Assembly (NCBI GenBank): GCA_045600345.1
Contig: JAZRXU010000056.1
Location: forward strand, 1-55,806
Direction of reading: 5' to 3'
Length of the DNA: 55,806 nucleotides
Origin: Candidatus Cryptobacteroides sp.
GTDB taxonomy: Bacteria; Bacteroidota; Bacteroidia; Bacteroidales; UBA932
Made by a program: the position numbers and the translations under genes. The first letter of the stretch is position 1. Every line of letters begins with the position of its first letter. The notes under the pieces were generated by a model. It worked only from the letters and a program-made list of their open reading frames with translations. It searched no databases and was not told where the DNA came from. This document shows positions 28,997 to 37,614 of the stretch, in pieces.

Positions 28997-29175
28997 CTTG
29001 TTTCCTCCTTTACCTCTTTGTAGAGTATATGCTTGTGGTCGGTGCGTAAATTCTTCGAACAAACCCACCTAAAAGGTCTTGTACATCCATAAGACTTAAA
29101 GTAACACCCTTCACAAGTCCTTTCTTTTTTCTCCACCACTTCCAGAGTGATTTTAGTTCCTATTGCGTGTTCCAT
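28993..29175 (-). CDS. Small Cys-rich protein
   Basis: CEGCYF...C...RTD motif, shared with the C-terminus of 33524..34096. Confidence 0.6.
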   Translation of the reverse strand: MEHAIGTKITLEVVEKKERTCEGCYFKSYGCTRPFRWVCSKNLRTDHKHILYKEVKEETR

Positions 29176-29176
29176 A

Positions 29177-29533
29177 TTACATCTTGTTTTTGCTTAAATA
29201 GTCCAATGCTGAATCAATGGCGGCAAGGGTGGCTGTATTTCTATAAATGGAACCATCTATATCCATTTTAATTATTTCTTTTTCTGTTTCTATAGATATA
29301 AGACAATACCCATCTTTTTGATGCTTAAGATTAAACATAATACCTTGCTCATCTAACCACCCTATCATCTGCTCTGCGGTGGGGATAATAGCAGCCACAT
29401 GGTATTGTCCCTTTTTAATAAACATTATGTTGTCAGGAAGTGTACATTTCTCCGTTCCTACTTCTATTGGTGCGCCCAATTCAAGTGCTTTCTTTGTCTG
29501 CTCCTCGGTGCAGTAAATTGTGTATCGTTCCAT
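29177..29533 (-). CDS. Hypothetical protein (paralogue family A)
   Basis: PTAEQMIGWL...LAAIDSALDYL. Confidence 0.65.
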   Translation of the reverse strand: MERYTIYCTEEQTKKALELGAPIEVGTEKCTLPDNIMFIKKGQYHVAAIIPTAEQMIGWLDEQGIMFNLKHQKDGYCLISIETEKEIIKMDIDGSIYRNTATLAAIDSALDYLSKNKM

Positions 29534-29536
29534 AGT

Positions 29537-29908
29537 CTATTTGATTAAATCGTTATCTACAAGGTAGTCAATGGCGGCGATGATAGCATCTTCGGGGTCT
29601 ATCTGATAACAACCATTGGTAAATACACGCTGACCAAGTACAAAGTTTCCTACCAGATTGCTACTTATAAACTCTACGTCAATTTGAATTTTCTTCTCCC
29701 TCCACAACCAAAGCCATACATCAAGGTAAGTTGGAGCTGCATAACATTCGCCTATGATACCTAACGATGGGCAACAGATTGTTTCAGTCTGCCAAGAACC
29801 TTTATTTGATTCATCTTTAAATAAAGCATAGTATTCATTAGCTGGAAAAATACCTCCAGCCTCTTTAATTACCTTTGCAACTTTAAATGTTACTTGTTTC
29901 TGTTCCAT
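29537..29908 (-). CDS. Hypothetical protein (paralogue family A)
   Basis: Start MEQKQVTF; PTYLDVWLWLWREK; AIIAAIDYLVDN. Confidence 0.65.
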   Translation of the reverse strand: MEQKQVTFKVAKVIKEAGGIFPANEYYALFKDESNKGSWQTETICCPSLGIIGECYAAPTYLDVWLWLWREKKIQIDVEFISSNLVGNFVLGQRVFTNGCYQIDPEDAIIAAIDYLVDNDLIK

Positions 29909-29985
29909 AGTCTCAAATTTGAAAGTTATCAGCAAGGTCATTCAGTCCGCAGAGGCGAAGGGCGTGCTGGAGTTCGTGGACATAG
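29906..29985. repeat. 80-bp direct repeat copy 1 (copy 2 at 31598-31677)
   Basis: 74/80 identical, last 46 bp identical. Confidence 0.9.
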
Positions 29986-30287
29986 TTAATCGGTTGTGGT
30001 ATCAATCCGTCACCGATGAATAGCGTCTTGTTATGTTCTCGATATTCAAGCCAAGCATCTATGCCCTTGTCAGTAGGAGCATCGAGATAGCATAATGTAT
30101 TGTCCTTGTTCATCCATTCATTCTTCTCAAGGATTCCGTATGTCAGGGGGATAGGTTCGCATTTCTTGCCTTGCATTATCCAAAGCAAATCCTGCGGTGT
30201 CACCTTCAATGGTAGCAACAACCCTGTTGGCGGACAATATATGTCCATAAGCACCCAGTCTCCAATCATCAATTCTTTTGCTTTCAT
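29913..30287 (-). CDS. YopX-like hypothetical protein (paralogue family B)
   Basis: MKAKELMIGDWV...PIPLT..ILEKN...YVHELQHALRLCG. Confidence 0.65.
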   Translation of the reverse strand: MKAKELMIGDWVLMDIYCPPTGLLLPLKVTPQDLLWIMQGKKCEPIPLTYGILEKNEWMNKDNTLCYLDAPTDKGIDAWLEYREHNKTLFIGDGLIPQPINYVHELQHALRLCGLNDLADNFQI

Positions 30288-30529
30288 AGTTTCTCCTCCA
30301 TTACTTTTTTGAACGCATCTGGTATAAACTCACCGCTGGGATGTCTAAATTCATTTCGTAGCCACTCATAAGCCTTGTCAATAAACTCATCCTTCATAAT
30401 GGGCTGTATATACATCGCACCTACTATCATCCAATCAAGGATTGCTGACACTAATTCACTACTTTGGTTTGCGAACTCGGGATTTTGTAACAAGACCTCG
30501 ATATTTTGTCTTATTTCATCTTGTGTCAT
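30284..30529 (-). CDS. Hypothetical protein
   Basis: ATGA-coupled; FIDKAYEWL motif. Confidence 0.6.
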   Translation of the reverse strand: MTQDEIRQNIEVLLQNPEFANQSSELVSAILDWMIVGAMYIQPIMKDEFIDKAYEWLRNEFRHPSGEFIPDAFKKVMEEKL

Positions 30530-30532
30530 ATC

Positions 30533-31216
30533 CTATTCCTCCTTCACTCCGCAGGGCGAGCCATCGTCTGCCCAGACAAAACCTGATAAATAATAGAAAG
30601 ACACTTGATGTTCCTTTTCAGTCTTTATACAAACATAACCGTCTCCTACATAGATGATCAGCGACCTATTAGGAAGAGCAACACCTAGTTTTATCCAGCC
30701 TCCGTGCTTCTGCACTTCCTTGAAGCACTCCTCTATGTTTGCGTAAGGTCGGTACCCCGGTGTGCCAGTCCATATTATATCTTCGAATCGCGGGCCGTGA
30801 TGTGTAGTAGTAATCTCTGGATTAAAAGCCTCTGGCTTGAAGTGATAGTCACCACACGCCTGATCCCATGATGGTGTTACTTCATCATTTAATTCCATCC
30901 TTTCAACCGGGATAAGACGATTTTTGAATTCTATTTTCTTAGCCCTTTTGATTAAATTGTTATCTACAAGGTAGTCAATCGCTGCGATGATGGCTTCTTC
31001 TGGGTCAAAATAATTACCTTTAATATCGGCTATTTTATCCCAAATAGCCATTCTTGTTAGTTCTTTCTCTCTCCACAGCCATAGCCACACATCAAAGTAG
31101 GTGGGAACATATAATACTTTTGGGACTCCCTCTAATTCATTTTCATATTGAGGATACCCAGCCTCTTTGATTGCCTTCGCAACTGTATATGATACTCGTT
31201 TCTGTTCCATAATCAT
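30533..31216 (-). CDS. Hypothetical fusion protein (family A N-terminus plus extra domain)
   Basis: MEQKRVSY...PTYFDVWLWLWREK; C-terminal YRPYANIEECF...DGSPCG. Confidence 0.65.
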   Translation of the reverse strand: MIMEQKRVSYTVAKAIKEAGYPQYENELEGVPKVLYVPTYFDVWLWLWREKELTRMAIWDKIADIKGNYFDPEEAIIAAIDYLVDNNLIKRAKKIEFKNRLIPVERMELNDEVTPSWDQACGDYHFKPEAFNPEITTTHHGPRFEDIIWTGTPGYRPYANIEECFKEVQKHGGWIKLGVALPNRSLIIYVGDGYVCIKTEKEHQVSFYYLSGFVWADDGSPCGVKEE

Positions 31217-31219
31217 GAA

Positions 31220-31600
31220 TTATAAATGTGCATCACAATAAAAGAAAGTTGTATCATCAGAGAGAGATTTCAAGAATTCAATAACCTCATCAAATGACTG
31301 TCTGGGATTGTCTCCATTAAAAATCAAATGATCACAATCATTGCCTCTGATGTCCCATATGTCATAAAAGCATCCTTCAAGAACATATTCTTTAAATATT
31401 TCAGATTCTTTCCCAAAGACACATGCCGCTTCTTCACCTATAAAATATGCGTGTTTATTTTCTTTTATGTTGTATGGGTTACAATAGTCATAGCCAAATG
31501 TCATCTCGGCCGCTGTCTCGCTTGAACTATCCTGACAGTCAGCATATATTTGATCAAGGTTTTCAATCTTACCTATCATCAATATTCTATAGTGTGTCAT
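31220..31600 (-). CDS. Hypothetical acidic protein
   Basis: MTHY...DAHL, AT-rich. Confidence 0.6.
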   Translation of the reverse strand: MTHYRILMIGKIENLDQIYADCQDSSSETAAEMTFGYDYCNPYNIKENKHAYFIGEEAACVFGKESEIFKEYVLEGCFYDIWDIRGNDCDHLIFNGDNPRQSFDEVIEFLKSLSDDTTFFYCDAHL

Positions 31601-31677
31601 AGTCTCAAATTTTGAAGTTATCAGCCAAATTATTCAGTCCGCAGAGGCGAAGGGCGTGCTGGAGTTCGTGGACATAG
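31598..31677. repeat. 80-bp direct repeat copy 2
   Basis: Matches 29906-29985. Confidence 0.9.
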
Positions 31678-32012
31678 CAGGCTGCCATACATACAGCTGC
31701 TTTATTGTGGAAAAGAATTTCTATAGCAAAACTGCCTTTATTATCCACATACAAGAGTCCATTCTCTGTATTGATATTTATTACAAGCAATTTATTTATG
31801 AATTCATTCTTCTCAAGTATTTCTGCGGTGAGGGGGATTGGAAAGACCTCTTCCTCCAGAGCGTCAATAAATCCATTGTGCCAGAGGTGTATTATCGCTT
31901 TGTTGTTAAACCTCTCATTCTTGCGAGGGAATGGCAACTCGAGTCCATAAACTCGGCAGACAACGCCATTGTACTGCACCAAGTCTCCAGCCATAAGTTC
32001 GTTTGCTTTCAT
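31605..32012 (-). CDS. YopX-like hypothetical protein (paralogue family B)
   Basis: MKANELMAGDLV...YVHELQHALRLCG. Confidence 0.65.
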   Translation of the reverse strand: MKANELMAGDLVQYNGVVCRVYGLELPFPRKNERFNNKAIIHLWHNGFIDALEEEVFPIPLTAEILEKNEFINKLLVININTENGLLYVDNKGSFAIEILFHNKAAVCMAACYVHELQHALRLCGLNNLADNFKI

Positions 32013-32218
32013 AGTTCCTCAATTTCGTTTTTGTAATGATCTCTCCACCTGATTATCACATCAGTGATTTCTGAGCATACTTCCGCAGGAAGATTATAGT
32101 GAATATAACCCATATTCCCGTCATGTATAACCCCATCAATCGAAAATGTTAGTGCTGTTACACATTTATGGATTTTATCTCTTATCTCCTCGTATTTTTC
32201 AATTTGTTCTTGTGTCAT
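32009..32218 (-). CDS. Hypothetical protein
   Basis: ATGA-coupled, 69 aa. Confidence 0.6.
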   Translation of the reverse strand: MTQEQIEKYEEIRDKIHKCVTALTFSIDGVIHDGNMGYIHYNLPAEVCSEITDVIIRWRDHYKNEIEEL

Positions 32219-32220
32219 AA

Positions 32221-32487
32221 TCAGTAAATTCTTTTTCCGAGATATGGTAATCTGCGTCTCTCGCGGATTTCTTCGAGTATGTACTCGTACCTAAGTTCCG
32301 AACACTTGCTAATAGCTTCTTCCCGGGAGACGAATATGCCTTTTGTGTAGTGATAGAGTTCATCTGCTAGAAAATCATATTCGCGGGCGTATACCTTATA
32401 CTCCGTTGTGCTCAATGATTCAACTTTCACCACAATGAACTTTTCAGCAGCCTTAGCCCTGAGTTTCTTTAAGAGTTTTGTTTTCAT
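32221..32487 (-). CDS. Hypothetical protein
   Basis: MKTKLLKKLR start. Confidence 0.6.
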   Translation of the reverse strand: MKTKLLKKLRAKAAEKFIVVKVESLSTTEYKVYAREYDFLADELYHYTKGIFVSREEAISKCSELRYEYILEEIRERRRLPYLGKRIY

Positions 32488-32490
32488 GTT

Positions 32491-32766
32491 CTATTCCTTC
32501 TCGGATTTATTCTGCTCATCAAGCCATTCTCTGATGTAATCTTCGCCGATCTCCTCAAGGAGCTCGTCTTTACCGAAGTGCTGGACGGCGTCCCAGGTGT
32601 CAAGGTCGTCTATGGTCTCGACGTCTTCGTCATTTTCAAAATATTCAGGGCGAGCATAGCCGATATGATTTTCAATGAAGCGCTGCTTGTCGCTCTCGGT
32701 CAGTTGCCAAAAAAGTCTCTCTACGTCCTCGATCTTAGCGAGGCCTAGTTTTTCACCTGCTGTCAT
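32491..32766 (-). CDS. Hypothetical acidic protein
   Basis: 91 aa in operon. Confidence 0.6.
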   Translation of the reverse strand: MTAGEKLGLAKIEDVERLFWQLTESDKQRFIENHIGYARPEYFENDEDVETIDDLDTWDAVQHFGKDELLEEIGEDYIREWLDEQNKSEKE

Positions 32767-32829
32767 GGTCGTAATCTCTAAATGTTATTGCGATAAATCC
32801 TAAAAGCCCTATAAGGACAAATAATGCTA

Positions 32830-33087
32830 TCATAGGCTTGCGTGTTGTCTGTGCATCCGTATAGTTGTGATGCCTTTTGCGTGGATGAGGAACTTTTTGT
32901 ATCCGGCTTCCTCGCGTGCTTGCCTGACGTTGGCTGCCATAACTGTGAAGGCACACACGTGGACGCCCTTGCTGTCCTTGACGGTTACGTCGTACTTTTT
33001 ACTTACCGGGATTAATGAGCACATAACCTTGTATGGTACTGTTGCGATAGTGGCTGTAACTCTGGGGGGGGCATATTGTGATTTCAT
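32830..33087 (-). CDS. Hypothetical protein
   Basis: 85 aa in operon. Confidence 0.5.
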   Translation of the reverse strand: MKSQYAPPRVTATIATVPYKVMCSLIPVSKKYDVTVKDSKGVHVCAFTVMAANVRQAREEAGYKKFLIHAKGITTIRMHRQHASL

Positions 33088-33242
33088 CCTTCAACCTTTT
33101 TTGATATCATTAATTCCCAGCCTTTGTCGGTCTTGACTTTGTAGACGACAGTATCTACCGCCATGATTGTTCCGGTCCTTAGGAACCCGTTAACGTCTTT
33201 CCAGGAGATGTCTTCCCCGACGTCTTTGATTTGAAGTGCCAT
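33084..33242 (-). CDS. 52-aa hypothetical protein (not in ORF track)
   Basis: MALQIKDVGEDISWKDVNG...KVEG*; fills the gap in the operon. Confidence 0.55.
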   Translation of the reverse strand: MALQIKDVGEDISWKDVNGFLRTGTIMAVDTVVYKVKTDKGWELMISKKVEG

Positions 33243-33243
33243 A

Positions 33244-33549
33244 CTATAAGTTGAATCTGTGTTTCGTTTTGCCTATGATTTTCCCGTCTGCGGTGTAGAT
33301 CCATCTATTGTTGGCCACCAGTCCAATGAAGTTGTTCTGCGCGTCATTGACGATGCTGAGCTTCTTCTGACGAACTAGTTCCAGAACGGCGTCAAGATTA
33401 TCAGTGTCGATGCCGAATCGCTCGCGCAGGATTCCTTCGATCTCGAATCTGTGGGCGAGCATGTAGATGAGCCATTGCTCGCCCAGGATATTTTCAAAGA
33501 GATTGGATGTGGTGGCCATTTTGTTATTTGTCTGATTGCATACACACAT
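33244..33549 (-). CDS. Hypothetical protein
   Basis: 101 aa; true start may be MATTS. Confidence 0.55.
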   Translation of the reverse strand: MCVCNQTNNKMATTSNLFENILGEQWLIYMLAHRFEIEGILRERFGIDTDNLDAVLELVRQKKLSIVNDAQNNFIGLVANNRWIYTADGKIIGKTKHRFNL

Positions 33550-34096
33550 CCGTCACTTTCTTGAAGATAACGGCCCGATTGTCGGTTCTAGCCACAGGGT
33601 TACATACAATGTATTTACAATCTTTGCCATCAAGGTCGCACAGATAGCATGGCCTAGATTTAGCTACGTCGTCTAGATACTCTACAGTCTCGTAGTACCT
33701 ACCGTCAAAACTGAATGCGCTTCCTATTTCTGGTTCATAAGGCTTATTCAAATCTTTTTTATCAAGAGGATATTGAGGCTCCGCCTCAGCTTTTTGATCT
33801 TCTTTTTTCTCATCCTTTTCCCCTTGTACATTTTTAGCAAGCCTACGAATCAGAACGCTATTAATTCTTAGCAAGAATACATTGAGGTCAGCAATCTTGT
33901 TTGCATCCTTGGCATTTTTGATTAACAGAAGGCTCTCAACGATGGCAACAAGAATCCAGCAGAACAGCACAAGAATGTGGCATGTGTTCAATCCGAAGAT
34001 TACAGTGAGTGTAACGTACGCTACAAGCGAAATAAGGTTAAGCGACAGAAGGTAAATGTACATCTTCTCGGCTTTGCATTTGGAACTGAATTTCAT
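33524..34096 (-). CDS. Membrane protein with C-terminal Cys cluster
   Basis: Two TM segments; CYLCD...C...C...RTD. Confidence 0.6.
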   Translation of the reverse strand: MKFSSKCKAEKMYIYLLSLNLISLVAYVTLTVIFGLNTCHILVLFCWILVAIVESLLLIKNAKDANKIADLNVFLLRINSVLIRRLAKNVQGEKDEKKEDQKAEAEPQYPLDKKDLNKPYEPEIGSAFSFDGRYYETVEYLDDVAKSRPCYLCDLDGKDCKYIVCNPVARTDNRAVIFKKVTDVCMQSDK

Positions 34097-34118
34097 AATA
34101 TTTGAATTTTAATGGTTA

Positions 34119-34493
34119 TTACAGTTGAGGCTCCAGCTTCTGGAAAAATACCTCGTAGAGCACAGTGCCGTCAGAGCAGTTAAGTTTCTCCTCTTCGCAG
34201 ATCCTGTAAGTTCCCGGACCGGACAGCTTGCTCATAAGTATCTCACAGAGATGAGTACTGTTGATATAAGCGCAGGAAGCGCTCTTGAATTTGATGGCGT
34301 ATGCGAAAGCTTTTTCGGACTTGCCGATAATGACCCTGGATCTGCCGACCTGGTCCTGCTCGAGGGCCACGCGTACGCGGGAATCGGCATCGAGTCCCAG
34401 CAGGGTTATAGCATGCTCATTGAGCGTGATTCTTTTCTGATCAAGCCGCAGGGATGCTACTGACTTGTGTGGAAGTTTAATGTCTACAATCAT
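34119..34493 (-). CDS. Hypothetical protein
   Basis: 124 aa beta-rich. Confidence 0.6.
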   Translation of the reverse strand: MIVDIKLPHKSVASLRLDQKRITLNEHAITLLGLDADSRVRVALEQDQVGRSRVIIGKSEKAFAYAIKFKSASCAYINSTHLCEILMSKLSGPGTYRICEEEKLNCSDGTVLYEVFFQKLEPQL

Positions 34494-34497
34494 GATA

Positions 34498-34935
34498 TCA
34501 GTCTTTTAAGAATGGATTGTTTGCAAATGCATATTCGATGGACTCGCGGTCCTCTCCGAAATATTCGTTGATGATGGCCTTGAACTCATCCAGGCCGTGT
34601 GAAACAGCATAACGGTATCCCTGTGACTCGACAGCGGCCTGCCATGCCTTCTGCTCATTGCTCTGGTATCCCTTCTGCTTCTTCTCGCGTGTGCCGTCGT
34701 AGATGACGGCTTCCTTTTTCATTTCGATGCAGAGGGCGTGGTAGTCGCCTCGGGGGACCATAAGTATCAAATCACTCACGCCGGCTGTCACGCCTTCGCC
34801 CTTCATGATACTCGCCTCGATCTTGCTGCGTGCACCACCATTAGGGACGGCAAACAGTAGCATTGCGTATTCGGGATAGATGCCGCGGAACCAGCTCACG
34901 CAGGCTCGCTGTGCTTTTGATTCTATATGTGCCAT
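34498..34935 (-). CDS. VRR-NUC domain nuclease
   Basis: ES..Q..CV.WF, AVPNGG, EGVTAGVSDL, LCIEMK, QSNEQKAW. Confidence 0.85.
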   Translation of the reverse strand: MAHIESKAQRACVSWFRGIYPEYAMLLFAVPNGGARSKIEASIMKGEGVTAGVSDLILMVPRGDYHALCIEMKKEAVIYDGTREKKQKGYQSNEQKAWQAAVESQGYRYAVSHGLDEFKAIINEYFGEDRESIEYAFANNPFLKD

Positions 34936-34936
34936 A

Positions 34937-35983
34937 TTATTTTGTTGTCTTGAAGCCTATTGATGTTGCCTGGAATGCATCAAGCAGAGGCTGTAATACG
35001 GGTGATAGACCAGTACGGAGCGTTTCCCAGTTCTCTTTAATGAAGTTGCCTGATGCTGTCGGCACGGTGAATATGAGCTTCTGCTTCAGAGTGTCTACTG
35101 TGAAGCTAACCTTATTGGACAATAGACCGAGCAGAACGGTATCATCGGCGCCAAGGGATGCGCATTTTTCGAACATCTTCTCCCAGACGCCGTAAAAGTA
35201 ATCCGGCAAGTGAGGGAGCATGGGAACATGCGTCTTCTCTGCCTCGCGCTGCTCCTTGCTGCGCCACTGCGCTGCGCATGATTTCATCTGATCCTCGGTC
35301 AGTTCTTTCCAAGGGATGCGGCCAGGCGCATTATTCCACTGGACCATGGCTTCATATTCAGCGGCCGGGCTCTTGAAGCGGCGATCAAAAAAGAAATAAT
35401 AGATGAAAAAATCTTTTTCTTTTTCTTTTTCAAAAGAAGAATAATAAAAATTCTCTTCTATTCTATCTTTCTCTATTTCTTTTTTGGTCCTTTTTTCTTT
35501 TTCTCTTTCAGCGGCGTTCAACATCTGTTCAACACCGTTCAACGTTTGTTCATCGTTCGTTGACTCTCGTTGAACGTCCGTTGAACGTCCGTTTGATTTC
35601 GCCCTGCGAGCGGCTCCTGAGGCGATGCCGGCTGCACGAGTCTGCTCCTTTTTGCGGAGCATGTCGTCGGTGCGCTCTCTGAACTTCTGGCATGCGAGAT
35701 ATCTGCAGCCCTCCTCCTCTTCCATCTGGATAAGGTTGAGCTGGAGCATAGTGTCCAGAATCTGCTGGAGCAGTTGCTCATCGATGTCGCAGTCAGCGGC
35801 TAGCAGATACACAGAGAGATCATCCCATTTGTAACGGCTTTCTTTGCTGTCGCACAGAATCTCGAGAAGCATGAGCCATACACTGTAGCCCCATCCCGGA
35901 TATTTCTTCCGGAGAATCTTAATCTTCGGATCATTGCGCAGGTCCTTATCGTGACGGAACCAGTCAAAAGTAAAGTTGTCCAT
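34937..35983 (-). CDS. Phage replication initiator (DUF4373/Lin1244-like N-terminus)
   Basis: WFRHDKDLRNDPKIKILR...GYSVWLMLLE; low-complexity middle carrying iterons. Confidence 0.75.
   Translation of the reverse strand: MDNFTFDWFRHDKDLRNDPKIKILRKKYPGWGYSVWLMLLEILCDSKESRYKWDDLSVYLLAADCDIDEQLLQQILDTMLQLNLIQMEEEEGCRYLACQKFRERTDDMLRKKEQTRAAGIASGAARRAKSNGRSTDVQRESTNDEQTLNGVEQMLNAAEREKEKRTKKEIEKDRIEENFYYSSFEKEKEKDFFIYYFFFDRRFKSPAAEYEAMVQWNNAPGRIPWKELTEDQMKSCAAQWRSKEQREAEKTHVPMLPHLPDYFYGVWEKMFEKCASLGADDTVLLGLLSNKVSFTVDTLKQKLIFTVPTASGNFIKENWETLRTGLSPVLQPLLDAFQATSIGFKTTK
35395..35592. other. Putative replication origin: iterons plus AT-rich tract
   Basis: GTTCAAC at 35516, 35527, 35537 (variant at 35548), inverted copies at 35569 and 35580; adjacent T-rich strand-biased tract ~35395-35510. 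Confidence 0.7.
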
Positions 35984-36000
35984 AATCAAATCTTAAAAAG

Positions 36001-36079
36001 TGGTGGAAGTAGGGGAGTCGAACCCCTGGAATCATTCCCAACTGCCATGACTTTACCAGCTCGCCATTCAGTTCCTTCC
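36001..36079 (-). ncRNA. tRNA-like element (acceptor stem, T-arm, CCA; non-canonical middle)
   Basis: GGAAG...AGGGGTTCGACTCCCCTACTTCCACCA; no standard D or anticodon arm. Confidence 0.5.
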
Positions 36080-36337
36080 ATATGAGGGAGGCTTCCAGGC
36101 GCCTCCCATGTCGAACAACATTAACGTATGGCCGCAGTTCCTGGACACTGCTATATTGTTACCGGAACGGTGCCCGGTTAGATTTAATGTCAGTAGCAAG
36201 ACATCTCAGCTCCGAGAGTGTCGGCAGGATGAATGGTGCGCAGCTGCATGCGAGCCTTTGCTTGAACATATCTCTTATAGGACACGCGTTCATGCGTGAC
36301 TCGCATGTAAATGTGATAACGGCAGGTGTACTCATAA

Positions 36338-36526
36338 TCAGTCATTCTTTCCGTGGATACATATTACTTCTTTGGTTTTGGCCGTGGCGCTGATTATGGA
36401 CGTCGTCTCCAGGCGATCAATGGACCTGTAGCATTCATGCGCCCAGCAGCAGGGATCATTGTCGATGCATACCTGTGCGTCACCGGGGAACTGGCTCAGC
36501 AAGCTAATAAGTTCTCGTGCTGTCAT
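36338..36526 (-). CDS. Hypothetical protein
   Basis: MTARELISLLSQFPGDAQV, a common small phage protein start. Confidence 0.65.
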   Translation of the reverse strand: MTARELISLLSQFPGDAQVCIDNDPCCWAHECYRSIDRLETTSIISATAKTKEVICIHGKND

Positions 36527-36795
36527 ATCTTGGCTGTCATATCAAAGATGGAACGAACCTTCCCCATAGAGAGAACTCTGTTGAATTCCTTCTGGTTGAT
36601 ATAGATGATTTTGCTGCCCTCTGGCTTGCTGTATGTGAGCCGGCCTTCGGCGCACATTTTACGGATAGAGTTGGGCTTGTAACCGCTCACCTGAGCGAAT
36701 TCATCAATGGTGAGCCACTCCTTCTTGCAGAGCAGTACACACGAGCGGATCTCCGCAGTGAGTGCTTTGATGATTTCAGATGTTTGTGAATCCAT
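36523..36795 (-). CDS. Excisionase-like HTH protein
   Basis: KEWLTIDEFAQVSGYKPNSIRKMCAEGRL (HTH_17-like). Confidence 0.75.
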   Translation of the reverse strand: MDSQTSEIIKALTAEIRSCVLLCKKEWLTIDEFAQVSGYKPNSIRKMCAEGRLTYSKPEGSKIIYINQKEFNRVLSMGKVRSIFDMTAKI

Positions 36796-36813
36796 ATCTG
36801 TGGTGGTTGGTGT

Positions 36814-37074
36814 TTACTTTATAGGGAACAGGGAGTCTGCGGTGCAGGTGCATTTAAGGACACGTGACACGATGCGTGCTGCATCCTTGCGGACTGGTGC
36901 CAGGCGTGGCGTTGTTTTGCCGGCCGCCCATTTCCATATTGCCTGCTGGGAAATGCAGAGATGATACATAAGCTCCCTCTGTAGCTTTATGCGCGTCTGA
37001 GGATCCTTCTTGAGGTCCTCAAATAATTGGACAAAGGTCCTTGTTTCAATCAAATCTTTTTCTTTACTTTGCAT
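36814..37074 (-). CDS. Cro-like HTH regulator
   Basis: LCISQQAIWKWAAGKTTP; first gene of the leftward operon. Confidence 0.65.
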   Translation of the reverse strand: MQSKEKDLIETRTFVQLFEDLKKDPQTRIKLQRELMYHLCISQQAIWKWAAGKTTPRLAPVRKDAARIVSRVLKCTCTADSLFPIK

Positions 37075-37129
37075 ATTTACCTATGTTTACAACCAAGGTT
37101 ACGCTACTTTGTTGCCAAGGTTGTGGGTG

Positions 37130-37175
37130 CAAATGTAGAAAAAGTTGTGTAACATTCCAAATAAAGTTACACAAC
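37130..37175 (-). promoter_or_regulatory. Lytic promoter overlapped by an operator-like inverted repeat
   Basis: Minus strand TTTG (37158-61), N20, TACATTTG (37130-37); perfect inverted repeat GTTGTGTAAC-N12-GTTACACAAC (37144-37175). Confidence 0.7.
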
Positions 37176-37190
37176 ATAAATTGAATTTTT

Positions 37191-37598
37191 ATGAATATTA
37201 AAGTGTTTAGAGCAGTTAATAGACTGACTCAGAGTGAATTAGGGGATTATCTTGGAGTGACAAAAAGTTTCGTTTCGAGAGTTGAATCGGGAAAGGAAAA
37301 CTTTGGACCAGAAAAAATGGAGCGATTGTTGAACAACGACATGGGTTGGGACGTAACTATGTTGACTGCTGATTCGGTTGTCGGTGATATAGTTGGCAAT
37401 AAAGGCCCTGTAAGTGTAGATCAAAGCAAACACCTTAATACAGGAAGCTCATCGAAGGAAATGGGCCTGTTGATTAAGATTGCTGAGCTCGAGAAAGAAA
37501 ATGAGCAACTCAAAGAAAGGTTAGCAGATAAAGACGCACAGATCCAGGAGGAGCGTAAACGCTTCATGGATCTCTTAGAAATATATAAATCAAAATAG
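37191..37598 (+). CDS. CI-like XRE HTH repressor
   Basis: LTQSELGDYLGVTKSFVSRVESG; C-terminal coiled coil and no S24 peptidase domain; divergent from cro. Confidence 0.8.
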   Translation: MNIKVFRAVNRLTQSELGDYLGVTKSFVSRVESGKENFGPEKMERLLNNDMGWDVTMLTADSVVGDIVGNKGPVSVDQSKHLNTGSSSKEMGLLIKIAELEKENEQLKERLADKDAQIQEERKRFMDLLEIYKSK

Positions 37599-37614
37599 TT
37601 AATTCAAATTAATT

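Noticed and set aside
36001-36079. Canonical tRNA gene
   Set aside because: No D-arm or 7-nt anticodon loop, and the acceptor/T region is one base short; kept only as tRNA-like.
35960-36335. Stop-codon readthrough gene (58-aa ORF 36159..36335 with the frame staying open past TAA)
   Set aside because: No homology or readthrough signal can be shown from the sequence alone; it may be a pseudogene or chance.
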